From Haplodiscus bocki (Eukaryota): a stretch of DNA of 64,000 bases. Location of the stretch: positions 76,694,001 through 76,758,000 of the forward strand of contig OZ296656.1 of assembly GCA_965655095.1 (NCBI GenBank), given 5' to 3'. A program made the position numbers and the translations under genes. This document shows positions 26,884-40,500 of the stretch, piece after piece; within the stretch, counting starts at the first letter, position 1, and the number at the start of each line of letters is the position of its first letter. A model generated the notes under the pieces. The model had not been told where the DNA came from, made no database searches, and saw only the letters and a list, made by a program, of their open reading frames with translations.

Positions 26884-28180
26884 CTAGGTGGGCGGGGGCC
26901 TCATTCCCCTCAGTATTTAGGCAAGCGGGTAGGGTCCTGATTGCCCTTCTCAGTACCAGGTTTACGGATACAAAGCCCGGAGCTCAAAAATGCTAACTTT
27001 TAAACTAACCGTAAGATTTTGATGAGCGAGCGGCCCCCACCGTTTTTTTGGACGCTGATTACGATGGTAGTGGTCAATTTTTGATTGAAAACTCTAAGAC
27101 CCCCATTTTTGCCCATTTTTCTGGTAAAAACACCTTTTTTTGCATATTTTTACGGTTCTTGGCCAAAAAGTCTAACTTTGTTCACACAACTAGTATTGCA
27201 AGTGGCTGCATGCGGAAAGTGCGTCAATTGGTGGGAATAACGAGCTAAAGAACGCTGCTATACGACAATCTGACGTTGACTTATGTCAATTTGGAAGTAG
27301 TCAAAAAACTGGTCTGAGACATGTTTTTCAAGTCAAAGGTCGCATAACTATTCACACACTGGTCGGAACGGTTTCAACGCGGTACTACCACTTGTTGCCC
27401 ATCCACAGGTTAACAAATGCTTAGCAGGAAAAAAGTCCATAAAACAAAGTGGGAAAAAGTTATGACCCCTTTTTTGGAAAAAACCACACTTTTCCGAAAT
27501 TTTGATTTCATAAAATGCAATCTGGCGTCATTTTTTTTGTACATTAGTTATCGTGCCGTACGTTTTTGCAATACGCCGCCCATTTGATGTAGATAGTTCG
27601 TGTGTTTTTGTTTTTTTGAAATTTTTCATCAATTTTCTGTCATTTTTGGGGGCACGAATTTTGACCTACTTGACACTATTTCCATCGGAGTCCATGTGTT
27701 TCAACTGGCCATAACTTTTTTCTGCGTTACTTTACGGATTGCTACTAGCGGTACAAAATGGTTCCACTGGTGTGCGGAAAGGCGTATGTTAAGTTTCAGG
27801 TCATTAGAAGCAGTTTGTCAAAAAGACTACGCGCTCAATTTTCAGAACTTCACTACCATCGAAAATGGTTTTCCATAGGTTCATCAGATTTTTTCTATTT
27901 TCACAAATTTTTATCTTCACGGGGGGTGGTTAAACTGAAGTTGCAGGACTTCCACAACAACGTATGTCTAGAGTACTTGAAACTAAGTCCCTCAGAGTGA
28001 CACGCCGTTCCCATTCGTCCGCAGGGCAATGGGAACGGCGCGAACTCTTTCAAAACAAAAAGTTCAGAATTGAAATCTTTAGTCCGTTCCGATAACAAGA
28101 TGGCCTGTCGCCACTACCTCATGCAATACATTTGCTGCCAGACTGATAAACAACACTCCAAGTGTGTCGTCGCGCTCAGC
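26884..28180 (+). repeat. Solo diverged copy of the ~1435-bp array unit (46.4-52.2 kb), truncated in the loop of the large hairpin
   Basis: Clear homology over ~27140-28180, including the 13-bp hairpin (28003-28040) and only the left arm of the 34-bp stem (28141-28176). The ctaggtgg boundary motif occurs at 26884 and again at 28348. Confidence 0.9.
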
Positions 28181-28347
28181 ATTCTTAGCTGGTACAACAT
28201 GTCTTGTCACCATTCAATCCCCCCCCCCCGGGCACTTCCGGTTTCATCAATTTGCACTTTTAGCCACACTCGAGAGTCCGTTGGCGCGCTGTCGCGCGCC
28301 GATCGTCTCAACTAAAGCCCTACTTACCGGCTATGCCGTCATCTTCT

Positions 28348-29480
28348 CTAGGTGGTCAGGGGATCGCGCCCCACATTAGTCCTTGCGAGGCGGGGGAGGG
28401 GCCCCTTTGCCGAGCGTTAAAATATAAGAAAAAACAAATATGCACAAACGGTATAGGGAATTAGCGATCTCAGCTCCCACCCATACGATTTGGATCAAAC
28501 TTTGCATGCGGGCATAACTTTCAATTCTAAGAACAATGGTGCTAGTTAGATCATTCTAGCAAAAATGGTTGAGGAATTATGACGGGATGATTCTGTTTTT
28601 TGGCCTCATTTTGCAGTTTTTTACCGACAGCCCTGCAAGTAACCACATGCATTTGGCCGAAACTTTTCGTGTGAAGCAGAATAAATAAGGGCTACACGCA
28701 TGCAAAAAATTTTCTACCAACTCGGCATAGGTGTGGAGATATGACGGATCAAATTTGGAAAAAAATGCCAAAAATTGATCATTTCGTCATAGCTCCCACA
28801 TTGAAGTACATAGTTTGCGCTCTGGAGTGCCTCCAGTATGAAATTGACTCCATAACTTGAAAGCTAATTTTTCGACGATGAAAAGGTTTCGGCCAGTTTG
28901 CCGAAAGAAATGACGGTTATGACGAATTTTTTGAAAAAAAATCAATTTTTACCAAAAGCTCAATTTTCCTTGTAGAATTCGTTTCTGATACTTTTGTGGA
29001 CGGATTTTTTTCGGAAACTGCTTTAGTGCAAAACGTTCTTCGACTTGGGGTAAATTTTGGGGTAAAAGTCTTCTGCGAAAAAAAATCAGTTTTTGGGAAG
29101 AAATCAAATGATGTTTTGTTATTTTTGTAAAAATGTTATCTGGTACTTTTACGAGGAACAGTTTGCGAGGTTTCTGGAGGCAAGAAACATTTCCTTGGGA
29201 AAAAACGAATTGAAGCGAGCAGCGCAGTTCGTATGGTAGAAATCTTATCTGTTTTTCCCTGCGATAATGGAAGGAAATATTCGAGCGGAAAAAAGTCGGC
29301 TATTTTCGGGAAAAAATTTTGAAAAACGGAGATCTTGCTCCGAATCCCCAATGAAAAACGAGAAATCTCAGGGTTGTCGTTGTACATATCGATTGTGGTG
29401 TTGCTTTCCAGGTAAACGTCTGTAATTTTATCCATGTCAAAATTAGCTTTTAAATCTCAAAAAATAATGAGATATGCAAA
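28348..29480. repeat. Diverged continuation of the same repeat superfamily
   Basis: Starts with ctaggtggtc and reuses the family's short motifs (aaactttgcatg, cataact, gaaacttttcg). It parallels the diverged fifth unit at 52166+. Limits approximate. Confidence 0.4.
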
Positions 29481-32400
29481 ATAATTGACAGTCAATTTTA
29501 ACAAGGTAATTGATCCTTAACGCAGCAATTAGCTGAGACACTGGCCCACAATTGTGTGTTAAGCTTAAGCAGCCAATTGAAAAGGTAGCCTATTTTTTCG
29601 AAAATTATACGAAAGAGCAAAAAAGGTGAGAGTCAATTTCAAGAGATAGTTGTTCCATAACGTACGTATTGGTTGAGACACGGGCCCAAAACAACAAGTT
29701 GTGCATCTAATTGGTGATCCATCTAAAGTTTCAGCTCGTCAGGTAGATGCTTAGCAGATATCGCGGTAGTATGCGACATGATTCTTAACCTACAAAGAAA
29801 ATTTTTTGGCAGGAAAGCAGGAACTCTTACGCGTGCTGTTTTGGTTAGGTGTTTTTCCTACATACAAAAGGTACGAATGACAGAACGATCCTGTTTAGTG
29901 TGTTACTACAGCATTTCAGATTGGTGTTGCGACTTTCCAAAAAAAACAATTGAGGGTTTTTGTAGTTTCATTTATGGATAATGCAAAAGGAAAACTCCTT
30001 TATGCCATGCATGTCTCTCCAAACCAACATTACTATGTTCCAAAAGAAATACGGCAACTTGGGATGCAACAAAATCGCAGTATGCAAGTGATTTTAAAGG
30101 CACTGTACATCATCCGCTTAACTTGAAAATTCTGAGAATTGAAAAACTGAGCAGCCGAGACAAATTTTTTAATAAATTGTAAATAATTTTTTGGGGACAC
30201 AATAAACCTAAGTCAAAAAGTTGATTCAAACACATTTTTTGGGTATTTCACGCCATTTGGTTGAGCAAAAACTAATTTTTGACGGTTAAACGCTGACTTC
30301 ATTCAAGTTAACGTTGTTTAAGTATGGTAAACTTGCTAAGACTCGAAGAAGTCACATTTAGTTGCATCTATGTAACCAATTTATTATTGCCACTTGCTTC
30401 AACTGTTGATACGAAGAACGCTTTTTTTAGCATTTTGAAACTCTAGCTCAGGAATCTTGTTAATACCATCAGAAGCAACGACAATATGTTTCATCTGGAG
30501 CGTGGAATTCAAAACGAGTACAACTTTACTTATGGCCGATGTTGTTTGTCGACATCTCAAAAGACAAATCAACAGTACTAAGCCTGACAAACTCAAGCCT
30601 CATGAATGTGTGCTTGTATTCATCGATTGAAGAGGTCATATTTTGCGTGTTTAAAGAAACAAATAGCAATGTAAAGTTTCGATTAGGGAAGAGTTTGAAT
30701 TTTATCTTTGTTAAAGTCTGCCTTAGGCCAAGAATAAGACGGTCAACTATTTCACATCCTGCGCCGGTCGCAATATCCATTGACGATGGATGACCGGCAG
30801 AAAGTGATGGGCTCTGTTGGCTCCTTCCAAATACGGGTAGAGTTCTCGTTCGGATTGTTACGCAAGTATTCAGAAAAGAAATGGAGGCTTTGTATTAGTA
30901 CGGGAAATTGTTAGAGGGTGAATGTACAGGCAGTATGAAAATTAGTAGTGCAGCCGACAGTCGAAATTACACATACTACGTTGTACAAGCCGTCAATATC
31001 TACGAAAATGAAATAATCTCGCAACCTTTATACCACTTTTTCGAAAACAAAAACCACGCTAATGGAAAGGTGTTGGCCTTTCGGTATACATTTTTAGGAA
31101 CATTGTCACATCATTTGCATAAAAGGCATGTTGTTGAGGATTGAAGAAACTTGTTGCAAAGTTATCAACGCCATATAGAAGCTTATGGTTGAGAAACGAA
31201 AGTAACGCTCTAACCAAGTTAACTGGAACTTTTTTGGAAGGGTAATTTCAACCACGAAGAAATGGTTAATGAAAACTTGGCTTCTGATGCAGAAGAAATA
31301 ACATGCACAATTTGGACAAAGTGTTAATGAGCACCGTTAGAACTACATTACCCAATGAAAGTCGAAGAAGACGAAATGGAAGACAAATGCTGGTACATCA
31401 TCAGGAAGATGCTTTCGGATAAAAGCCACTATCTTTCATTGCCACTAACGTTGAATAAGTTATTCGGTGAATCACAATTTGATAATCCATATAAAACGAA
31501 GGAGAAGTCATAAGCTAGCAAAAAAATTCGAATGGTGGACTTTCCGCGGCAGAACTTCATATCACCGTTTAATATCGACAAAAATATTCTACAAGTATTT
31601 TATTTACAAAGTCTGCGCTGTAATACAACTGAGAATCGAGGTATTCAAGAGGCCGTGCTATTGTACAGTGCAACAAACAATACAATGAAGAAAAGCCAAC
31701 TGTGAAAGTAGAGCCACATTGGATATACATTTACTTAAGAAATAGGAGTTGAGGCAAATTGTGGAAAGAGAGCAATCGTCGAAAATTGAAACTAAGCTTG
31801 TTGAGATTCAAATTTTATGAGGCGTGGGCATTGACATCGTGAAAATTTGATTCAAACCAAGTTATGCGAAGGCAAGCACAGTGGCCTTAAACAGTGTCAA
31901 ACAAGAGAGTAATATGATAACAACCTGTAGTTCCTGTTTGCACACTTATCATTTGTTCCAGTTTGACCGCGCAATTGCAAAGTCATAATTTCCTCAAAAG
32001 AAACATTTCTTGGATATTAAAATCTTCCACCACACTTAGAACAAGCTAAAAGCTTACAATTTTTATCAAAAAGTTATGATCGCAACCATGATCGTTTTTG
32101 TAATGAACCGCATTTTAGAGAAAGGACAATCAATCAGTTCAAAAGTAGTATATTTCAAATTGTAGGTACAAGGAAAATAATGTGATTGCAACTTATTTGA
32201 CTCTTGTGTATGACGTTTCAGTTTGTGAAAAGGCTCAGAAAAGGATCTTTGCTGAGTTGTTTCTGTTTTCCAAAAAAAAAACTTCACGTAAAGTAGTCGA
32301 AAAGGATCAACTATGGAAGTACAAAGCGTGTCATCATTAAAAAAAATTCAGCAAGATTGCACACGTACTTTTCTGACAAAGGTACTGCAAAAATGTGTAT

Positions 32401-34539
32401 CCATTCAAAAGATGAAGAATCGATGAACTGCATGTGGCTAAGACAGATCATCAGTTTTTCCCTGAGATAATTGATTCGTAGCGCATAGAAAAAGCCAAGC
32501 GTTTGATGGAAAATGGAGAACACTCAGTTGCATTTGGAGTGACTGTTGCTAAAATAGTCATTTTATCATGGAAGAGAAAATTGAACAAAAATGGTTTCTG
32601 ACGTGAGAAGTGCGAGTTTTAGCACGCACTTAGCACTTAGGATTGCAAGAGGGGAAGCACCAGCAAAAATTCGATTCAAAGCAACAAAAGCAAGACAAAG
32701 GACTTCCACACAGTAAAATTTATGATTCGTTTTATTGCGAATTGCCGGACGGAGACACTTTTTATTGCTGCAAAAACATCAAACCTATTGCAGAGTTTGC
32801 AGTCTTGGTTGGTTGCTTGCAGCTTGATTGACAGTTGTCCGAAATGAAAATGATCACAAAACTCTAGCAGTCACATAGAAGGCAGCTACATATGATCAAC
32901 CGATTCATCGTCATTTTGATGCCCGGTTATCTCGAAACCCCTCCTTTAACCCCCAGAAGTACACAATGTAAGGGCACAAAATCCAACAGCCACGAATCAT
33001 TAGGGCTGAAACTTTAGGCATTTGAGTATTAAAAAATGGTTCGACGCAAAAACGAGTGAATTCCAGTCTTTAATTGGACAGTGCATATTTACGAAGCTCC
33101 AAGCGGTTTCAGGCAAATTCAGCACAGCAACACAAAGTTTGCGTTGTTTTACAGTTAACACCAAGAAGCATTAAAAACTTGTTGAAATTTATTTCAGTGG
33201 GTACCAACGTGCGGCCAATATCAATTTAAAGTTGTAACATCCAATGCTTCAAATAGTACACATGTGATGACTTCTAACAAATTCAATTTCTTATAGAACT
33301 TATGATCGGACACAAGATGTTCGTTAAGAAAAGGAGTTTTCGTTAAATTGCTGAAATTATTTCTAAAGTTCACAAGAATAAGTGCATCACAAAATTATCT
33401 TACGTTTGTTGAAATGTGCTCAAATTCAAATTATGTTTTCGCTACCAGGAAATGAAAATTTTGAGAGAAACTTTTTAGCAAAGAAACCCATAAGAAGTTC
33501 GACACTTCCCTTGGAATTCCCCAAGTTATCAGTGGCGTTTACCTAACGACAGCCTCTGAGACAGTTTCATTTTCCAGAAAATAGCCAGAATGATACTGCA
33601 AACGAATAACAAATATTTCTAGTTAAACATTTCAGGTTATTTCAATTTTTTCAAGTACGGTCTTTTGTTCAGACAAAGATGGAAACTAAAACATTGTGCT
33701 GCAAAGCATCCTTTCAAAATATATCGTTCATTTGCTAACATTAGGGGATGTTTAATAACTTATAGTTTATAATCCAAAAAGCATATTATTCCTAAGTTTC
33801 AGATCTGGCTTGACATAATATGGTCCACTATCTGTGGAAAAGAAAAAATTTTCTAACAAAAACGCTCACTTTCAGAGAAATTCGTTGAACCTATTGAAAA
33901 AACTAATGGAACAAGTCAGCTTCAAATGTAAACTATTTTTGCGGACTATGCATACTACAACTACAGTAACTTGCTGTGCTTGTTGGAAAGTGTAACTATT
34001 CTGCAACACGGCGAAAGCTAAAAATGCAACTGATTTCATACAAAAAACAGAAATGGGTAGCTCAACGAATAGAAACACAAAAAGACAAGGGAACAGTTTT
34101 GAGCGAGTTCATAAGAAAAAGCACTTTATTATAAAACTAGTTAAGTTAGCAATAAGACACAAGTTAAAGCTATTGTAAACTGTTCAACTGGTTTTTTAGA
34201 TGCAAGAAAGAGACATTGAATTTTTTTAAGATAGAAAAAGTTTGCAGAAAAAGCACAATGATGTCTACATAGTAAACAAGACGGTTTGCATGCAACACTA
34301 TGCAGTCGAAGCAAACCATGTGAATGAAATCCGCCACTACTTTGTTGTACAGCCTGCCAAAACACCAGTTTTTTTGCAGTCGAAGCGGCTGCATTATACT
34401 GTAGAAGCGAAACGTCCTGAGGGGCCCCACTATGCAGTCGACGCATTTGTTTTTCAATGCATTGAAAATAGTTTGGACTTTAGAGAAGCAAAGTAACGAT
34501 CGAAAAAAATTTTGACAACAAAGTCTCTGATAGAGTTCT

Positions 34540-37500
34540 TTAGAAAGCATTCGATTGGTTGGAACACACTACAATTTCCAAATTGTCTTCTCTGTGTGCC
34601 CATGATCTAGCAATGTTTTCAGCTAAGGGGACGGCTATGGTAAAAGAAACAATGCTTTGCTTGACATTGACATAAAGTGAAGCAGCATCGAGCCATTCTT
34701 TTTCAAAAAGTCGGATTCTCTGGCCATTCGTCCAGTTGAAACCGGTAACATAGGCACAATCTATCCACGGCATTCGATTTGGCACCCTCGTGAATGCCAA
34801 CCCCAAGCCTGCATTATGCTCTCGAGCACGACGAACCAAGGACATACTTGAGCCAATATACAATACATTTTTTTTGAGGAACACTTTGCAGCAAGTAACA
34901 ATAACCCAAAGCTTGCGTCGGCAAGTCTTGCGCTGAAGGCGGAAAAAGGGATGCTTTGGCAAGGTCAATTGCAGCATCTTTCGTGCAATTTTTGTCAAAA
35001 TTTCATGGGTTAGGTCAGACCACTGTGATCTCTTACGAGTTAGATCAAGAATCGCTTTCTTGTTAGCTTCTCTCGTTCCCACGAACGTTACGTGACTTAA
35101 ACTTCTTACTCTACTCATGACCACATACAGTTGCTCCGGAAGCCACAAACTAAACTCCCTAGACTCCACAATTTGAGTGGCCACCATAGGCAACGTTTCA
35201 CCCATGGTTTTGTGGATGGTCGAAGCTACAAACAACTTCAGAGGGAACTGGATTCTGCGGCATACTGTTTTATGGTTCAACCGAACTGTCACGCCGATCT
35301 CTTTGTTGATAACAACACATCGCCAAGTGTTTGTCATAACTGACAGCGGAGGAATAGTTCGGCAACCAGTTGGAGCTAGAGCAACTGTCACACTCCCATT
35401 TTCAATGCTATCCAAAGACACTAGAACACAAAGTTGGCCTTGATAAGCTGGTATTGATGGTTTATTAACTGTTAATCGTAGAATAGCTCCTGGGTAAAGA
35501 AACAAGGATCCGGGTTCGAGGCATTTCTTGTTGAGGAAATTGAAAGCTGTTGTTGACGCTTCCGTCCAGTTATCAGTGCTGGACAAACACATTTCATCTA
35601 CTGTCATGTGTTCATAATATTGAGTTCCACTGTTTTTAACGTCGGGTATTCTGTTTTCAGTTGCTTTACGCTCAGCTTGCCGTGTAGCGAAAATTCTGAT
35701 ACTATCGCCAGGCACGTCGGACCATGACTTCACAAAGTTGCAATTTTTTTCAATGATTTCCCAAATGCGCTTTGCATTGGCATCTGTTTTGGGGACTGAA
35801 GACATTAGAGACAACAATTCTGGGCCGTTTTTGTTTCGCATCCTAACGAAATTCTACAAGTTGTGGAAGGCGAATGTGGTTAGAGGGAATGACGAGCTCA
35901 TCAGATAGGAACCCGAAGGTGGAGGAAGTTGAAAGAAATCCCCAGTTGCAATGACCAATTTTCCACCGAAAGGAACATAATTTGAGGTTATGACTTGCAA
36001 CACATGATCAAATGCTGCCCATATTTCGCTTCAGATCATCGACATCTCTTGAACAAAAAACACATCAACATTTTGCAGGAACCGGGTTTTAACAGGGGAA
36101 CGCTGTAAGTTGGACAACGCAGTCTTCGCAAGCGACTCAGCAGAAGCATTTCTTTCGACCGGAAAAGGAATTAGGGCATTTAAAGGTTTTCCGGCTAGAG
36201 CAGCAGATCTCTCAGCAGCTGAAGAGGTCACAACACAGGGTAATCCTTGACAAAGGGCATACGCAAGTGATTTCAGCATCACAAAATTTTGCCACTTCCA
36301 GGCGGACCAAAGACAACCTGATGTCTTATGAAAGAGCACAGTCACCACCTGTAAGTATCAATTGACGGCATTAGTCTGTCCAAAGTTTGGCATTGTTCTA
36401 GGTATGATTTTTTACACTGATCAGGGTTTTTTCGTATATTTGGTTTCCAAGGGACTGGCCCATTGACATTTGAATGTAACATGGTCTGTTCATTTGGCAA
36501 ATGAGTGTGAGATGTGAGGAGGAAGGCCACCATTTTACTTTTTTCCAACACCAATTGAAGAGCTAAACCTTCATCATTTTCTTCCATGACATTTCTATCA
36601 AGGGCAAGCGGCAGTGCAGCCGCAAAATGAAGATTGTTCCTTAAAAGGGCTTCGGAAATGACACTATGGGCCTTCAGAAGGTTTTTTTTGAAAAATTTCG
36701 AGGATCCCGGTGTGAAACGTAGTTGTTTTAACAAATACTTACGTGTAACAGCTTTTACCTTCATGTCAGTGACGTAGCTGGGAACAACATTGGCTGCTAT
36801 GAAAGCATCTTTGAATGATTGAACGTTTAAAATGTCCATTTCCGTATAGAAATCTCCCTGAGTTAACAAAAGATGCAGTAACAATTTCGTACGACTGTTT
36901 GGTATAAATGTTGCTATACACAACAACAGCCGTTTCCTCGGACAAACCTTTCCAATGAGCAACAAACTGGCTTTTGTTTCTGCTTCGAAGAACCGGAACG
37001 ACATGTTTTCTCATTTCATTTTTCAGCTTTTTATTCCGCTCATTACTACCTTTCAAACGACAAACGTTAATGATTGATTCTACAGCAGCTGGACGTAATT
37101 TGATGACATACCCTGTGGCATCCACCCAATAAGTTTTGCGGATATTTTTTTCACTAACAGTTCATGATCGCTGGTGACTTTCTCAATTTATGATTTCCAA
37201 CGAACGAACCAACTGTAATAAACCGATAAATTTGAAATGAACATGAGTTCGGGTGGACGAAGTCCGAAAAGGGTAACTTTGCCGGGTGTAACAAAACTGG
37301 TTTCAACATTCGCAAGCAAAAGTATCTGACTTTCCGTGAACTGCCGGTTTTTCGGAAGTTGCAGAACTTCACTGCGCACGCGAACTGCTTCGTTAAAAGT
37401 TGTGCTGAATTTCAATTTGCTGTTATATTTTTCCTTCACAAACCCTGAGCAATATGCTTTTGGAACTGTAGGCACATGTACGAAATCGACGTTTGTGCAA

Positions 37501-40500
37501 ACGTAAGGGAGTTGTAAGCACCACCAGAGGCACTCTGTTATACTTACTATCCGCCCTGTAATTTTATTTTGTTTTTCACAGTCCCGCTGTCTCTTGCTTA
37601 TAGTAGCTTGAACGCCAGCTATTTTTTCGTTTTCAATCGGCTGTGTCAACACTTTCACACTGTCCTCTGCTTCACCTGCCACGATGTTTGCCACTGCTCG
37701 AGCTTCAATTCCAGCGGCATATTTTGCAACGTAACGTGGTGCCATATAGTCATCACAAATTTGGACATTTGCGCTTGACTGTGTAAGTGCGAACAGAGCC
37801 GCATTAGTGAGAGAAAAATGTTTGTTAAACACAGTTGGATAATGGTGTTTCCCACCTATCAATGGCGCTTTAGCCTTTGGCGTTAAAGTTTTTTCATCAA
37901 TGTCTGCCAAACCTTGCAGCAAATTCCACGTTTCAGCAGAAAAATTGATGGGAACTTCTTTGAACAAGAAACATTGGGATGCCGGATACTTTGTGACACG
38001 GCAGATAGGCTGATTGAGGCTGTCTGTTTTCTTGTGGCATCGTTTACGGCCTTTGGTACAAATATGAACCTGATATTTTTGAAATAAATCGGCAAGCATC
38101 AAACGGTCGCCCTTGGTTAATGTGGGACAACTGATTTCCAAGGCACCTAAAAATGTTTCTTTCGAACAGCATATGCGAGATCGGACGTCAATCGAAAATT
38201 TATCTTCCGGAGTACACAATATTGCATGCAAGTTTGAAAACCCCGCAGTCTCCTCTTGCCATTCATATCTCATCCAAATGTGAGATACAGGTCCCAACGG
38301 ACGTTCTGGTGATTTCTTTATCCATTCCATGACATACTGGAAAGCTCGATACCAGCACTTGAGCATTGGCATTAGTTCAACTTGAAATGCAGCTGACAAT
38401 ACTTCCTTTGTTGTAGTATCTTCTGGGTAGAGTTCATGAAGTGCTTCAAAAATTTTTCGAATACCGGGATGGGTTGATTGCCCGCAAATATATGTCACAA
38501 AGTACGTTGGATTTTTCTCCTTGATAAAAGCAGCGAGTTCGCACACATATTTCCGGCTTTCAGCACAGTCAAACTTGAAATTATCCATTGATACAAATCT
38601 AGAATTATTCGGAGGAGAACTCACTTCCTGCAAGCCGCGATTTAAAACAATTCGAACATCAGTTTTGTGGAGTTGACTGTTCAGAAGACAGTCGAATACG
38701 TACTGCAGATATGCAGCATTACAAGAAGTTAAAAATGACCCATGTATTATACGAGTGCGAAGCATATCTTCCAAACCAGCGAAACCCAGGTGTTTGTTGT
38801 AATTCGATGATTTGTATAGAGTTGCTGGTATCGCACCGTGAAAACTTCCGTTTTCTGACTGAGACCAGAAAATTGACTGGAAAAGCAACGCTTCAGGTTG
38901 AACCAGAGGCAACGAAGTTGAGGAAGTTGAGGTTGCGGCGATATTTTCCACGAAACGTTTCTTTCAATGTTAGACTGATGGGATTTCCTTTACGCCGATA
39001 CAAAAGATTGCATTGAGAGTTCAGAAGGATATGTAACGGTAATTTAAAGTTTTCTTCCTTACGACTACGTTGAACTGAAAGAACTTTACCATCTTGACAA
39101 GGTTTTAGTTTGCTCATGAATTTGAAGTTTTCGTCAATATATTCATCATCGTTTTTTGCAGGTAACAGTTCATCTCCGACTGAAGAATTGCTGATGGTAA
39201 CAAAATCGGCTGTTTCTGCAGCTGCCTCAGGGTCTGTTGATTCAACAAATGGCATGTTACAAAATCTGTCACGCCCACCTCTTCTATTAGTTGAAACTGA
39301 TGAATCAGAATCACAAGACAACTCCATTATCTCTTCGTTTGGGCATGGAGCAGCATTTATTAGGACACGTGTGTTGTTCTCTTTCAGTCCTTCCTTGAAA
39401 TGACGCTTGCATGTACAACTATGACATTCAAAGTGTGGGCAGCGCAAAAACGAACACAGGCCGCATCTGCAACGAAAGGTACTTTTCCTAAAATCTCTCG
39501 TCAGAGGTAAATCGTGCTTTTGACAAATAGAAACGCCCTGGCCTGTCAAATTGCTCAAAAATTGCCATTTCAGTTCGGCCACGTCAGCATTTCTTGTTTT
39601 TTTTTAAAAAAAATTGCAATGTCCCAGTAACCATTGCAATGTCCCGAAAGGCTGACTGAATAACCTCGGTTGGATTGCCGTCAGTTTTTCTCGCAAATTT
39701 GCTATGCTTTTCAAAGATCCAAAACCTTTGGAAATTCTCTCCATGCCGAACCAACCAACGTGGTTGGCTTTTAGGTTCTGCATCTTTTGATCCAAGTGCA
39801 ATCAATTCATATTCCTGGCCTGAGACAACGAAGGTCAAGGGAGGTTCATTTCTGTTGCGCAAATTATTGACGGACGTGGTAGTGAAAATGGCATGAGTTG
39901 TTACATCAGGAAACTCCAAATTTGACACACAAGTAATGGTTTTGCGTTCGAACATATGGCGAATAGTGTCACAACACATTTCAAGGAATTTCGCACCAAG
40001 GACGCAACAGCATTGGGCAATGGTCGAGGCTTTGTCTTCATTTTGACATTGTTGGAGTAATTTCTTTATGGCTTCCTCCGGTCGCTGCAGAAGTATCGTG
40101 CTGTTTGCATTACGCATTGTCGTTCGGGAAATGAAAACTTTCCTCAGCAATTAGAACAAGGGTTCCAAAGTCACAGGGTATTTCGGCGAATTAACTAAGA
40201 AACAAAACATCAATGGTTACAAACAGGTTGCAGCTTGCACAAGCCACAACACATTATTGCAGTTATTGTTCAGTGGAGGGGGTGAACAATCAAAATCGTC
40301 AGTACCTTGTGCGAAAGAATAACAACTCAAAACTTCTACGTAGTTCAAATATTGCTTCCCACATTTTACCACAATTATTGCAACCTCAACGCAAGTTTCC
40401 AAGTCAGTCGAAGAGGCATGCGACAAACAACTGGTCACATTTGCCTTCTGTGGCTGATACTGAAGCATTCCGGAAGCGACATCATCAACAAGTTTGCCGT

